Origin: Promethearchaeota archaeon | Lineage (GTDB): Archaea; Asgardarchaeota; Lokiarchaeia; Sigyniarchaeales; SOKP01 | DNA length: 47,080 bases | Direction: 5' to 3' | Assembly: GCA_019894885.1 (NCBI GenBank) | Contig: JAGXNP010000003.1 | Location: 1-47,080, forward strand | Shown: piece after piece, positions 46,814-47,080 of the stretch | Position numbering within the stretch: position 1 is the first letter of the stretch | How the letters are laid out: every line of letters starts with the position of its first letter | Translations under genes and position numbers: made by a program | Notes under the pieces: model-generated | Seen by the model: the letters and a program-made list of their open reading frames with translations, nothing else | Database searches by the model: none | Told to the model about the DNA's origin: nothing

Positions 46814-47080
46814 TTATTTTTTTTCAGGGACAAATATATATAACACAAATAATAGTGCAAAAATTATATAAGACAACCCTGAGATTATATCAAATTCAGT
46901 CATTCTATTACCTCAAGCTAAAACAGAATTTGCAATAAATGTCCCGAAGATCGCCGTAGTTAAGAATACTATACTAAAAACCAATAAGCTAACCTTTACA
47001 AATTTTAATAATTCCACTTTCTAATCTTCTCATTTGTATTTTTTAAGGTACTATTATCTATAATAGCGAAGATATATAAA
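46814..47080 (-). pseudogene. Possible degraded 3' end of a membrane-protein gene
   Basis: Short hydrophobic frames (KFVKVSLLVFSIVFLTTAIFGTF; TEFDIISGLSYIIFALLFVLYIFVPEKK*) broken by stops and frame changes; cut by the window edge. Confidence 0.25.

Noticed and set aside
1-47080. tRNA, rRNA, CRISPR arrays, IS elements, integrases, defence systems
   Set aside because: No GC-rich structured RNA stretch, regularly spaced repeats or transposase/integrase motifs seen by eye; the GGTTCGA hits I saw fall inside CDS. Short ncRNAs could have been missed.

Overview
AT-rich (roughly 30% GC by eye), gene-dense archaeal chromosome segment, very probably from an Asgard archaeon of the Lokiarchaeia type. 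This is inferred from a Rab-like and an Arf-like small GTPase, several longin/roadblock-like proteins, GGTGA/GAGGT ribosome-binding sites and oligo-T terminators. About 55 CDS are present; I saw no rRNA, tRNA, CRISPR array or transposase. Most of the window is metabolic and stress genes: two MDR oxidoreductases, Fpg/MutM, two histidine phosphatases, an SLC13-type permease, USP, SDR, a QueG-like Fe-S protein, a MarR operon, PanE-like reductase, Csp, FTR1, thioredoxin and an amidohydrolase. Two regions stand out. (1) At 26.9-33.7 kb, a sulfur-relay cluster combines E1 (MoeB/UbaA), TusA, a PP-loop thiouridylase, a ubiquitin-like MoaD/SAMP, an orphan SBP-fold protein and DsrEFH. (2) At 37.1-44.9 kb lies the best candidate for an undescribed system. 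A uDENN/longin-like protein with an Arg at the position of the FLCN/SMCR8/NPRL2 arginine finger is tightly coupled to two paralogous 7-TM proteins. These are followed by an Arf-like GTPase with an N-terminal MG-amphipathic helix fused to a C-terminal longin domain, and are flanked by a longin+roadblock protein and a long helical-repeat/TPR protein. Two genes carry clear lesions (a frameshifted GNAT and a degraded acyltransferase), and a third may have a premature stop. All family calls are from motif recognition by eye; no database searches were run.
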